NCBI GenBank assembly: GCA_963674945.2
Contig: CAXXWQ010000004.1
Span: 800,001-864,000, forward strand
DNA length: 64,000 nucleotides
Source of the DNA: an uncultured Desulfosarcina sp.
GTDB lineage: Bacteria > Desulfobacterota > Desulfobacteria > Desulfobacterales > Desulfosarcinaceae
Direction of reading: 5' to 3'
The notes beneath the pieces are model-generated. The model worked only from the letters and a program-made list of their open reading frames with translations, made no database searches and was not told the DNA's origin. The position numbers and the translations under genes are program-made. This document shows positions 10,067 to 18,436 of this stretch, one piece after another (within the stretch, counting starts at the first letter, position 1; each line of letters begins with the position of its first letter).

Positions 10067-10555
10067 TTACCGTAACCGTTTTTCGCATTCAGGAATTGGC
10101 AATCTTTTATTTACCTTCATCAACAAAGTCAGTTTCTCAAAAGCCTTTTTATGATCGATAATATTCTCTTTAACCAACTGATCCATCACCCAAAGGCTTC
10201 CATGGACACGAATTTTCTCTTCACGAGCAGTTTTTCGAAGTGGTTTATCACCGGTCAGCAGGATTGCGGACAATTCTTTGGCAAGAAACAGGCAGGAACA
10301 ATCGGGAAATGATAAAGCAGCCGAATACGTATTTTTCAATAGCACAACCTTTTCCAACTGGTCTGCGTTTAGAGGGTAAATTTCAATTTGGCCGCTTTCA
10401 AATGTTTTTTGGTAGCTTTGGAGCGTCTGATCGTCGAATTCACCCAATACGGCTTCCGTGATCATTTTCTCAAAGGGAAGTCTACAAAATTCGTCTATAA
10501 GATCAATATCGAGCAGATCGAAAAGAATATTGGCATCGTTGACGATGATTTTCAT
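10067..10555 (-). CDS. PIN-domain protein
   Basis: IIVNDANILFDL, LSFPDCSC, LLTGDKPLR; ATGA overlap with the upstream XRE gene. Confidence 0.85.
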   Translation of the reverse strand: MKIIVNDANILFDLLDIDLIDEFCRLPFEKMITEAVLGEFDDQTLQSYQKTFESGQIEIYPLNADQLEKVVLLKNTYSAALSFPDCSCLFLAKELSAILLTGDKPLRKTAREEKIRVHGSLWVMDQLVKENIIDHKKAFEKLTLLMKVNKRLPIPECEKRLR

Positions 10556-11607
10556 GCAACCAACTGAAACTTTCTGCGAAACTGCGGCAATTTAACATTC
10601 AGCAGCTCAGCTCCTTTGGACATGGTGACAATATTTTCAGCCACAGCATAATAGATCAGTTGTTTGAAACGGTTTGCCCGCTCCTTTCCAAGATATTCGC
10701 CAGGCTCGTTCTGGCGCCATCCCATGGTATTCACATGGATACAAAAACGCCTATAGCGACTGTCGGTGATTAGCTTGAGGTGGTGAGCCCGGGCCATTAT
10801 CGCGGCTAATGAAATTCCGTATATGCCCTTGAGCTTTTTTAGCTCCCATTCAACGATATTCTGACGTTTCCCGAATAATTCATTGGAAATCGCACTATTT
10901 GGCAGTAAAAATGCGCCGGCAAAAGCATGACACATCTTTTCTTTCAACCTTGGCTCCATGACTTCCCGCTTTGGGAATTTCAATAGGATATGTCCCAGTT
11001 CATGCGCCAAGGTGAACCGTTTTCGCACCAATTCGAAAGAGGCGTTTAAAATGATCACCGGAATCTTTCCGACAAAACCCGATAACCCATCGAAACGATC
11101 ATTTGCCTCGATCTCGTAAATACAAATCCCCTTATCTTCCAACAACTCCATGAGATTGGAAATGGGACTTTCGCCCAAGTCCCATTCGTCCCTTAATTTT
11201 TCCGCTGCTGCATCGACATCATTGTAAGATCTGATTTTAAAATCCTGAAGCGGATTGTTGAAGAGAGCTCGTTGACCGACTATTTCCTCAATCTCAATAT
11301 AGCGTTCCAAAAAATCGAGGGTCCGGCTCTCGATACGATCAATCTCCTTTTGGCTGAGTCTCGATTTTTTACGGAACTCGATCTTTGACAAGTTGACGGT
11401 TGATTCCCTGAAAAAATAACCGGTTCCAAGGTTCAAGGCATTCGCCAATGCCAATAGATTATTGCCATCGGGCTTCATCTGCCCCTTTTCGTACTTGCTA
11501 ATCGCCTGTTTGGTTACCCGTTTGTCGGTTGCGTCTGCGAGCGCTTGCTGGCTCATCCCGGCCATTTTTCGGGCAGCTTTTAGGCGTTGTCCGAATTTTT
11601 CGCTCAT
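10552..11607 (-). CDS. XRE-HTH regulator fused to ImmA/IrrE zinc metallopeptidase
   Basis: N-terminal RLKAARKMAGMSQQALA HTH; RFTLAHELGH (HExxH). Confidence 0.92.
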   Translation of the reverse strand: MSEKFGQRLKAARKMAGMSQQALADATDKRVTKQAISKYEKGQMKPDGNNLLALANALNLGTGYFFRESTVNLSKIEFRKKSRLSQKEIDRIESRTLDFLERYIEIEEIVGQRALFNNPLQDFKIRSYNDVDAAAEKLRDEWDLGESPISNLMELLEDKGICIYEIEANDRFDGLSGFVGKIPVIILNASFELVRKRFTLAHELGHILLKFPKREVMEPRLKEKMCHAFAGAFLLPNSAISNELFGKRQNIVEWELKKLKGIYGISLAAIMARAHHLKLITDSRYRRFCIHVNTMGWRQNEPGEYLGKERANRFKQLIYYAVAENIVTMSKGAELLNVKLPQFRRKFQLVA

Positions 11608-11630
11608 TATTTTTCCTCCAGTGGCTTTAT

Positions 11631-11668
11631 GGTTGACATATTATGACTTTTTATTATTTTTGTCAACC
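11631..11668 (-). promoter_or_regulatory. Sigma70 promoter bracketed by an 8-bp inverted repeat (likely XRE operator)
   Basis: GGTTGACA (11631-11638) ... TGTCAACC (11661-11668); minus strand reads TTGACA-17 bp-TAATAT, then GGAGG before the ATG. Confidence 0.65.
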
Positions 11669-11699
11669 TTCACAAGAGACGATTATACAAATAAAATTT

Positions 11700-12747
11700 C
11701 TGGGGTATGCACTTAAATCCAGCACATACTATATGTTGTGGCCCAGGTCATCGTCAATTGGATCGAGATTTAAATTTGCTGCCCCTTCCAAAAACGGTAA
11801 CGATGCACCTTTAAGAGTACTAGCTGGGGCAGGGTCCACCATCACGGCCTGTTGGACCAGCCTGTAAAATAGTTTTCCGCGAGACACTGATGTTCTACGG
11901 TTGAACCTGAATGTGAATTCATCCAAATAGTACATCAAATGAGACGGTCTGACCGCCCCTTGATAAGTACCAAGTAACCATCGTTTCATGAGCGACGCTA
12001 CCAAATGTACAATCTTCAAGTCATGCGATGGAATCGCAATATGCTTAAATCCTTTATCGCCAAGGCTGCTATAGCCGGGCCAATCATCCGTCCTGATGGT
12101 GCTGCCTGGCTGGGCGATTTCTTGTACAAATTGAGTCAGACTATCTCCCGATGCGTCTTCGAGGTGCCAGAGTCTAATTCGCCCAATTCCTTTTCGGCCT
12201 TTATCCTCCACGGCAATACCGACCAAAGCTTTACCTTCAGCACCCCGACCGCGTTTTCCAGACTTTTTCCCACCGACATAGGTTTCATCAACTTCAACAA
12301 TCCCGGACAATCGGTCACGTCCTGGACGAACCATTGCTCTTCGAAGTTTATGGAGCCATTGCCAGGCGGTATTATAACTCCCAAGGTTAAGTACTCTCTG
12401 AAGCCCAAGTGCATTAGCTCCGTACTTCTGACCTGTAATGTGCCACATAGCCCGAAACCAAAGAGACAAGGGCTTTCTGGTGCCGTGAAAAATTGTACCG
12501 GAAGTTATCGTAGATTGATTTCCACAATCAGTACAATGAAACTGGGATCGTTTAGTTCTCCACGAGGATGCAGAACCGCAATGAGGGCAACGGAAGCCTT
12601 CGGGCCATCTAAGAGCCATCAAATAGTCAGTGCATCCAGCTTCAGAGCTAAATCGTTTTTCAAATTCTATCAACGTTCTGGGGTAATCTTCCTCCATAGA
12701 CTGGTACACTATATGTTGTGGCCACTGGAGTCAAGTGCATACCCCAG
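11700..12747 (-). mobile_element. IS1595-family element (1048 bp)
   Basis: IRs CTGGGGTATGCACTTAAATCCAG / CTGGGGTATGCACTTGACTCCAG; 8-bp TSD TAAAATTT at 11692-11699 and 12748-12755. Confidence 0.92.
11729..12709 (-). CDS. IS1595-family transposase
   Basis: Zn ribbon CPHC..CTDC, VEVDETY, IRTDDW, YLDEFTFRFNRR. Confidence 0.93.
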   Translation of the reverse strand: MYQSMEEDYPRTLIEFEKRFSSEAGCTDYLMALRWPEGFRCPHCGSASSWRTKRSQFHCTDCGNQSTITSGTIFHGTRKPLSLWFRAMWHITGQKYGANALGLQRVLNLGSYNTAWQWLHKLRRAMVRPGRDRLSGIVEVDETYVGGKKSGKRGRGAEGKALVGIAVEDKGRKGIGRIRLWHLEDASGDSLTQFVQEIAQPGSTIRTDDWPGYSSLGDKGFKHIAIPSHDLKIVHLVASLMKRWLLGTYQGAVRPSHLMYYLDEFTFRFNRRTSVSRGKLFYRLVQQAVMVDPAPASTLKGASLPFLEGAANLNLDPIDDDLGHNI

Positions 12748-12779
12748 TAAAATTTAAAGGTTTTTGAAAGAAGGAGGAT

Positions 12780-13043
12780 CTAAGGAAGGTTTTTACTTGG
12801 CTTGAACTTCACTACGCTTCGCCCTTTGATTTTAATCTTTTCACCATTCTGGGGATTATGTCCCATGCGTGTTTTCCGATAAACGTTTCTAAAAGTGCCG
12901 AATCCAACTAATGTGACCTTGCTATTCCTTTTCTTTAGTCCTTCTTTTATGCCATCGAGAGCAGAATCAAATGCCGCTTTTGCAGTGGTTTTTGGGATGT
13001 CGGCATCTTTGGCGATCTTCTCGATGAGTTCAGCTTTGGTCAT
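12780..13043 (-). CDS. hup: HU-family nucleoid-associated protein
   Basis: MTKAELIEKIA...VTLVGFGTF...GHNPQNGEKIKI...FKPSK. Confidence 0.9.
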   Translation of the reverse strand: MTKAELIEKIAKDADIPKTTAKAAFDSALDGIKEGLKKRNSKVTLVGFGTFRNVYRKTRMGHNPQNGEKIKIKGRSVVKFKPSKNLP

Positions 13044-13401
13044 GTGGCCTCCTTCTTGGTCTGGGATTATATTTGGCGGTTATCGGATATCCTCGTTTCT
13101 GAGGCAGGAACGCTACTTAACCTAATACAGATTGCCGAATGTCAACGATCTACTCTTTCCTTCAATTCTTTGCCCGCCTTGAAAAAGGGCAGCTTTTTCG
13201 GCGCGATTTGAACCTGCTCACCCGTTTTGGGGTTGCGTCCAGTATAGGACTTGTATTCTTTCACGAAAATAGAACACAAGCCCCGAATTTCGACGCGATC
13301 CCCTTTGGCCAATGCATCTGATATTGTGTTGAAAAACAAGTTCACAACCGCCTCAGCCTCTGTTTTGGATAGGCCATTGGCGTCCCTCAGGGCTTGGATT
13401 A

Positions 13402-14334
13402 CAAGCCATCTCAAAAAAAGTAGTATTTCGCCGATGATAAATCGCAACGTAACCGGCTGAAGTTATATGAAATACGGATGACAGCCTGTAAGTGTTTGAA
13501 AAAATTGAAAATAAATCTAGACATAACATCCTGAATATGCAATATAATCAGGATGGAACTCACAAAAGAACAATGGAAGCGGATAGAGCCTATTATAGAA
13601 GCGTCAACCCCATCCAAAGATCCCAGAGGACGACCGGCAAGGAATCCACGCGATGTTCTCAATGGGATTTTGTGGATCATGCGAACGGGTGCACCCTGGA
13701 AAGATTTGCCCCAGCGGTACCCGCCGTACCAGACATGCCATCGGCGGTTCCAGCAATGGGTTCGGCAAGGGGTGTTCCGACGCATTGCCATTGAGCTGGT
13801 CGAAGACCTCAATGAACGCGGCAAGATCGATATTCGAGAGGCGTTTATAGATGGCAGCTTCGCTCCGGCAAAAAAAGGGGTCTTGCTGTCGGCAAGACAA
13901 AGCGTGGCAAAGGCACCAAGATCATGGCAATCGCAGACGCTGCTGGTCTTCCTGTCGCCGCTCACGTGGAAAGCGCTTCGCCCCACGAGGTAAAGCTTGT
14001 TGAGGATACCATAGACGCCAGTTTTACCGAGTATGCACCCGACAAGTTGGTTGGCGACAAGGCCTACGACAGCGATAAACTTGATGACCAACTCCTTGAC
14101 GATCGTGGTGTTGAAATGATCGCCCCGCATCGTAAAGGCCGGAAAAAGCCAAAAACCCAAGACGGCAGGAAACTGAGGCGTTATCGACGCAGATGGAAGG
14201 TAGAACGCCTGTTTGCATGGCTTCAGAACTTCAGGAGGTTGATTGTACGCTACGAATACCATGTAGAGAATTTCCTGGCTATGGTCCAACTTGGTTGTAT
14301 CAAAATACTACTTCGTTTTTTTTGAGATGGCTTG
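13402..14334 (+). mobile_element. IS5-family element (933 bp, two-ORF IS427-like layout)
   Basis: Perfect IRs CAAGCCATCTCAAAAAAA; TA duplicated at 13400-13401 and 14335-14336. Confidence 0.92.
13553..14325 (+). CDS. IS5 transposase, orfA/orfB fused by -1 frameshift
   Basis: orf[19 protein letters not shown]; orfB GDKAYDS and [11 protein letters not shown]; slippery AAAAAAAGGGG near 13870. Confidence 0.9.
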
Positions 14335-14517
14335 TAGTTCAATTTTGTTCATGTGTTCGGCAATCCTGTTAACTCTAAGTGTTGGTACGATAGGGTGGGA
14401 ATTGGCAAAAGGGTATACTTTGTATATATATTCTGTCAATGATTAAAATATGTTATCAATTGTCGTGAAGCCTGTTTCAGGACTCATACATACTTCTTTA
14501 GAGAAGTAAATTTTTAC

Positions 14518-14546
14518 TTGACGTTCCATGTTTGATTTCATAAAAT
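14518..14546 (+). promoter_or_regulatory. Near-consensus sigma70 promoter for the ssb operon
   Basis: TTGACG-17 bp-TAAAAT, about 360 bp upstream of the ssb ATG. Confidence 0.65.
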
Positions 14547-14559
14547 ATGTACAATTATC

Positions 14560-14775
14560 TGCTCAATGAATTCCCCATTCATTGTTCCCTCCGCCACTGA
14601 GCGGACTTCGGGATGACAGGTTATCACCTGAACAATCCTTTTTTCAGATCCAATCATTTCTTCAATGGATCGGTGTTTATCGATCAGCCGCCACTCTCAA
14701 AACGGTTTTAGCCAAACCTTGAGAAGAGGCATTTCTGCAGCGGCCAAGCCAAACAGCAGAATTGTCAATCGGCAG
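14560..14775 (+). ncRNA. Candidate structured leader/ncRNA upstream of ssb
   Basis: Stems CAATGAAT/ATTCATTG, ATTGTTC/GAACAAT (enclosing TCCGC/GCGGA and CAGG/CCTG), GATCCA/TGGATC, CTCAA/TTGAG with GGTTT/AAACC, TTCTGC/GCAGAA; no ORF. Confidence 0.35.
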
Positions 14776-14907
14776 CAGTGTCACATCCACACACACAAAT
14801 AATTAAAATATTCCATTAAAACATTCATTAACAAAGGGACCAAGGCACTTTTGCGCAATTTGGCGCCACAAGTGTTTTGTTTCCCACCAAAAGGAAAGGA
14901 GCATTTC

Positions 14908-15612
14908 ATGAACAAGTCAATCATCATCGGAAGACTGGGAAAAGAGGCCAAGTTTTTTAAAAATGGCGAGCATACCGCTTGCCGATTTCCATTGGCGGTG
15001 AAGGAGACATGGAAAAACAAAAACAATGAACTGCAAGAGCGGACCGAGTGGGTGAATGTAGCTGCCATAGGCAGTGATGCCGATCAAATGAAAGGCGTCT
15101 CCAAGGGTGCGCTCGTGTTTGTTCAGGGAACCACCAACACAGGTACCTACACAAAGGAAGATGAAACCCATTACTATTTCGAGATCCGGGCCAGAAGGCT
15201 TCGGATTCTATCGGAAAAAGGTGAGCAAACATTCAAAGATCTGGACCAGAATGAAGTCGCTTTGGTCGGTCGTCTCGGACAAAATCCGCTGACACCCAAG
15301 GAAGGGATCACTCATTTCTCCATCGCATGCAATGATTATCGCAACGGTCAAGAAACAACCCAATGGATCAGCATTGCTACATTCAACGGTTTGTCCGACA
15401 GCGCGGCCAAAATTTTAAGCAAGGGCCGGATGGTCTACGTGGAAGGGAAAATACGGACGAGAAAATACGACAAGGATGGGCAAACTCGTTACGCCACCGG
15501 TATTATCGCAAACAGGTGGCGAGCACTGGATGCCAATCCAAGAAAGCAAGAGGCGAAAGAATATCATGATTCCGCACCCCATGATTATGCGGATAGCGAT
15601 ATTCCGTTTTAA
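14908..15612 (+). CDS. ssb: Single-stranded DNA-binding protein with two tandem OB domains
   Basis: Two SSB repeats (NKSIIIGRLG...TEW...KGALVFVQG and NEVALVGRLG...TQW...KGRMVYVEGKIRTRKY); acidic tail DSDIPF; AAGGAG RBS. Confidence 0.9.
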   Translation: MNKSIIIGRLGKEAKFFKNGEHTACRFPLAVKETWKNKNNELQERTEWVNVAAIGSDADQMKGVSKGALVFVQGTTNTGTYTKEDETHYYFEIRARRLRILSEKGEQTFKDLDQNEVALVGRLGQNPLTPKEGITHFSIACNDYRNGQETTQWISIATFNGLSDSAAKILSKGRMVYVEGKIRTRKYDKDGQTRYATGIIANRWRALDANPRKQEAKEYHDSAPHDYADSDIPF

Positions 15613-15681
15613 ACCAAGCCCCTGGACTCTAAGTTTAATGACCTCTTAGATCCAGGGGTTTAACCGACTACGAGGATATCG

Positions 15682-16461
15682 ATGGAAAAAATATTTCAAA
15701 AGCTCGAGAGGTATTTTGGCCCATGGAAAATCGGTGTCTTGAATCCGGACAGAGGACTATGGTCGCTTTCACCATCTATGAACAAAATTGGATACCTGAA
15801 GGCAATGAACGCCAGCGGCTATCACATCTTCATGAAACCTTTGAATGAACGGTACTACCTGCTTTTAGACGATATCCCGGAGACAAAGCTGAAACACCAA
15901 AAAGAGCCAAAAGGATTCAAACCCGGACGACTGGTGGTTGAAACCAGCCCCGGGAATTTCCAGGTATGGATCAAAGCCGGACGGAGTATGAGCAATCCGG
16001 AGAAAAGATACTGGATCCGATATTTCGGTGCAGATCGAGCCTGTGATCCCAATTTGCGTTGGGGCCGCTGTCCGGGATTCCGGAATTGTAAGGAAAAATA
16101 TCGAGAAAAAGGACGATTTCCCCTTGCTCGGCTCATCTGGGTGGATTGGCAAAATGTTGCTCGTATTCCGAGTGTGTCTTTACCGGAGGAATCAGCCGAC
16201 CGTAAAATCCCAGATGGAAAAGAAATACGGCGCACTCATACCAGCGAAGCCATTTTTCGCACAGACTATGAACGAGGGGATGAGTCGGCAACCGATTTTG
16301 CCTATACGCTGGCATTGCTACGGAGAGGCACTGACCCGAAAGTGATCGCCGATAGACTATTGGAAGAAAGAAAAGATTGGACCCACCACAATGGGCCAAG
16401 GCGCCAGGCCGATTACCTTGATCGGACGATCAGGCGCGCCGCCGAAATTATCAATCAATAG
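15682..16461 (+). CDS. RepB-type (RSF1010 RepB'-like, AEP superfamily) DNA primase
   Basis: LLLDD, LVVETSPGNFQVW, GRCPGFRN and C-terminal DESATDF...YLDRTI helical domain. Confidence 0.8.
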   Translation: MEKIFQKLERYFGPWKIGVLNPDRGLWSLSPSMNKIGYLKAMNASGYHIFMKPLNERYYLLLDDIPETKLKHQKEPKGFKPGRLVVETSPGNFQVWIKAGRSMSNPEKRYWIRYFGADRACDPNLRWGRCPGFRNCKEKYREKGRFPLARLIWVDWQNVARIPSVSLPEESADRKIPDGKEIRRTHTSEAIFRTDYERGDESATDFAYTLALLRRGTDPKVIADRLLEERKDWTHHNGPRRQADYLDRTIRRAAEIINQ

Positions 16462-16484
16462 AAGATATCAATCCATTTTTTAAC

Positions 16485-16576
16485 AAACCCCGGATCCGGG
16501 GCACCGCAATGGTTCCCCGATATGGTGGGTTTCTCTCTTTGGAGGGACCATTGCGGTTTTATCCAAAGGGAGGCAA
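16485..16576 (+). repeat. Two-hairpin leader element, copy 1 (before DUF932)
   Basis: Same architecture as 17439-17525; ACCGCAATGGT is complementary to ACCATTGCGGT; CTCTTTGGA pairs with TCCAAAGGG next to the SD. Confidence 0.65.
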
Positions 16577-17380
16577 ATGATGAAATCACAAAACATCCCC
16601 CTCACCAATGATCAGATCGTCAAATTGGCGCCGTCTGCAGGGGCAATATCCCCACATGAAATGGTTTCGAACCGATATAGTTTTGTGCCAACCATCGAGG
16701 CCGTTGATTTGTTGAGATCGGCCGGATGGGAACCCGTTCATGTGAAGCAGTCCGGAACGAGGAAAAAGGACCGCAATGGCTATCAAAAACATATCATCCG
16801 TTTCATGCAGGGCGCCCTGTCAACCGACCAGGAACGCGTCGATCTGGTGATGACTAACTCCCATGACCGAGGCTGCGCCTTTCTGCTTTCCGCATCTATC
16901 TGGCGCAAAATATGCGGCAATGGTCTGATGGTGTCCTCAGAACTGTATAATTTTTCACACAGGCATGTAGGTTTTGAGAGAAATGTTTTCCTGGATTCTG
17001 CCTATCGGATAGCCGAAGGCGCCGGAGATATCGCCGCACAAGTGCAAAATTTAAAGGTAATCGACCTTACCCCCAATGAAAAAGGCGTATTTGCCATGGC
17101 TGCGCACAAATTGGTCTATGACGATGTCGAAAAGGCACCGATCTTGCCAGCACAACTACTGAAGGAGCGTCGCTACGACGACAACGGCAATGACCTGTGG
17201 TCGACATTCAATGTGGTTCAGGAGAACATCATGAAGGGGGGTATATATGGAAGAAAACGAAGTGCAAATGGCCATATTCGTCATGTCAAAACCCGTCCCG
17301 TGAAATCCATCGATCGAGACATCAAACTCAACAAGGCATTGTGGGTCCTGACTGAGGAGATGGCCAAATTAAAATGCTGA
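16577..17380 (+). CDS. DUF932/DUF945-family protein of conjugative elements
   Basis: SNRYSFVPT, NSHD, ICGNGL, RRYDDNGNDLWSTFNVVQEN and LNKALW motifs. Confidence 0.85.
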   Translation: MMKSQNIPLTNDQIVKLAPSAGAISPHEMVSNRYSFVPTIEAVDLLRSAGWEPVHVKQSGTRKKDRNGYQKHIIRFMQGALSTDQERVDLVMTNSHDRGCAFLLSASIWRKICGNGLMVSSELYNFSHRHVGFERNVFLDSAYRIAEGAGDIAAQVQNLKVIDLTPNEKGVFAMAAHKLVYDDVEKAPILPAQLLKERRYDDNGNDLWSTFNVVQENIMKGGIYGRKRSANGHIRHVKTRPVKSIDRDIKLNKALWVLTEEMAKLKC

Positions 17381-17438
17381 AGGAGTAAACAGGTAACGCT
17401 ATACGGTTCTTCAAAGAATGCGTTAAATCAAACAAAAA

Positions 17439-17525
17439 ATCCCCCGAACCGGGGAACCGTAAAGGTTTCCCGATGGGGATGTCCTCCCTTTTCTTGGGAG
17501 CCTTTGCGGCTGACAATAGGGAGGG
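17439..17525 (+). repeat. Two-hairpin leader element, copy 2 (before RadC)
   Basis: ATCCCC/GGGGAT and CGGGGAACC/GGTTTCCCG stems; CCTCCCT pairs with the SD AGGGAGG; CCGTAAAGG is complementary to CCTTTGCGG. Confidence 0.65.
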
Positions 17526-18068
17526 ATGAAAGTGAACAAAAAAGAATATCGTTTTTATGCTTATAAGCTGCATATGGTCAAGGAACAAGAAATCCATTTG
17601 TGCAGCGGCCAAACAATCCACAGCAGTTTTTCAGGTTCCAAATTAATCAAAAAAGTGATCCGCCAACTCGGTCAGACAGATCGAGAAAACTTCGTAGTGC
17701 TGATGCTGAACGCGAAATTTAAACCCATCGGCACGAACCTTGTGTCCATCGGAACTCTTACCCGGAGTATCGTACAGCCCAGGGAGATCATCAAAGCGGC
17801 ATTGAACATGCCCTGCAAGGCCTTGATCCTTGGACACAATCACCCATCGGGAGATCCCTCGCCTTCCATGGAGGACAAGCTGATCACACTCATGGTAATG
17901 GCGTCCGCGCATCTGTTCGATCTGGAGATTCTGGATCACATTATCGTGGACATGGATTCTGATGCCTACCTTTCTTTTGCGGACGAAAAGATCATTGAGG
18001 ATACGAAACACAAAGTGTCTTCCGTATTGGATCAATTTTATAAAATGGAAAGCAGAATACGACTATGA
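17526..18068 (+). CDS. RadC-like JAB-domain protein (short, mobile-element type)
   Basis: RENF...HNHPSGDPSPSMED...LDHII. Confidence 0.9.
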   Translation: MKVNKKEYRFYAYKLHMVKEQEIHLCSGQTIHSSFSGSKLIKKVIRQLGQTDRENFVVLMLNAKFKPIGTNLVSIGTLTRSIVQPREIIKAALNMPCKALILGHNHPSGDPSPSMEDKLITLMVMASAHLFDLEILDHIIVDMDSDAYLSFADEKIIEDTKHKVSSVLDQFYKMESRIRL

Positions 18069-18082
18069 AATAAGGTGACATC

Positions 18083-18436
18083 ATGACCGATATTATAAGG
18101 AAGCATTCCCAAAATCCTTATGCACATGTAGTGGAATGGATCGATCGGCATGAAGGAACCGGCTCGGCCAATGGACTGGCGAAACTGATTCTCTCTTTAT
18201 GGTCTGAAGATGCCGCTTTTAGCCTACGTGAATGCATCTCTTCATTCGACGATACACGTTTGGCATGGGCCGAAGAAATGACCTCGCACTTTTTGCGTTA
18301 TCGTTCGGATCGTTTCTTGGATGATGCTGCAAAAAAAGTGGCTTTCAAATGCCCTCATATCATTGAAAAGGGGCTTGCCGGAAGCCATGCCAAATGTGAT
18401 TGGGAACGCGCTAAAATCGTTATAGAGAAAAGCTGA
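18083..18436 (+). CDS. Hypothetical protein
   Basis: 117-aa ORF, AAGGTG RBS, co-oriented in the operon. Confidence 0.7.
   Translation: MTDIIRKHSQNPYAHVVEWIDRHEGTGSANGLAKLILSLWSEDAAFSLRECISSFDDTRLAWAEEMTSHFLRYRSDRFLDDAAKKVAFKCPHIIEKGLAGSHAKCDWERAKIVIEKS

Larger units (their letters stand above)
7491..10070 (-). pseudogene. UvrD/Rep SF1 helicase (GajB-like), C-terminal half only, split by IS1380
   Basis: Removing the IS and one TSD gives an open frame ...KILTLEHHMAA...SDPSLNDV|LKEVFNSGIF...GTHQGIKGLQFPRV...RRLFYVTCSRA (motifs V and VI); Walker A region absent. Confidence 0.8.
13142..14352 (-). pseudogene. ihfB: IHF-beta-like protein interrupted after codon 6 by an IS5-family element
   Basis: Excising 13402-14334 plus one TA restores MNKIELIQALRDANGLSK...RVEIRGLCS...GRNPKTGEQV..KKLPFFKAGKELKERV. 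Confidence 0.85.

Noticed and set aside
12005..12757. 250-aa plus-strand ORF
   Set aside because: Antisense shadow of the IS1595 transposase
13411..14289. 292-aa minus-strand ORF
   Set aside because: Lies wholly antisense to the IS5 transposase and has no recognisable motif; treated as a shadow ORF
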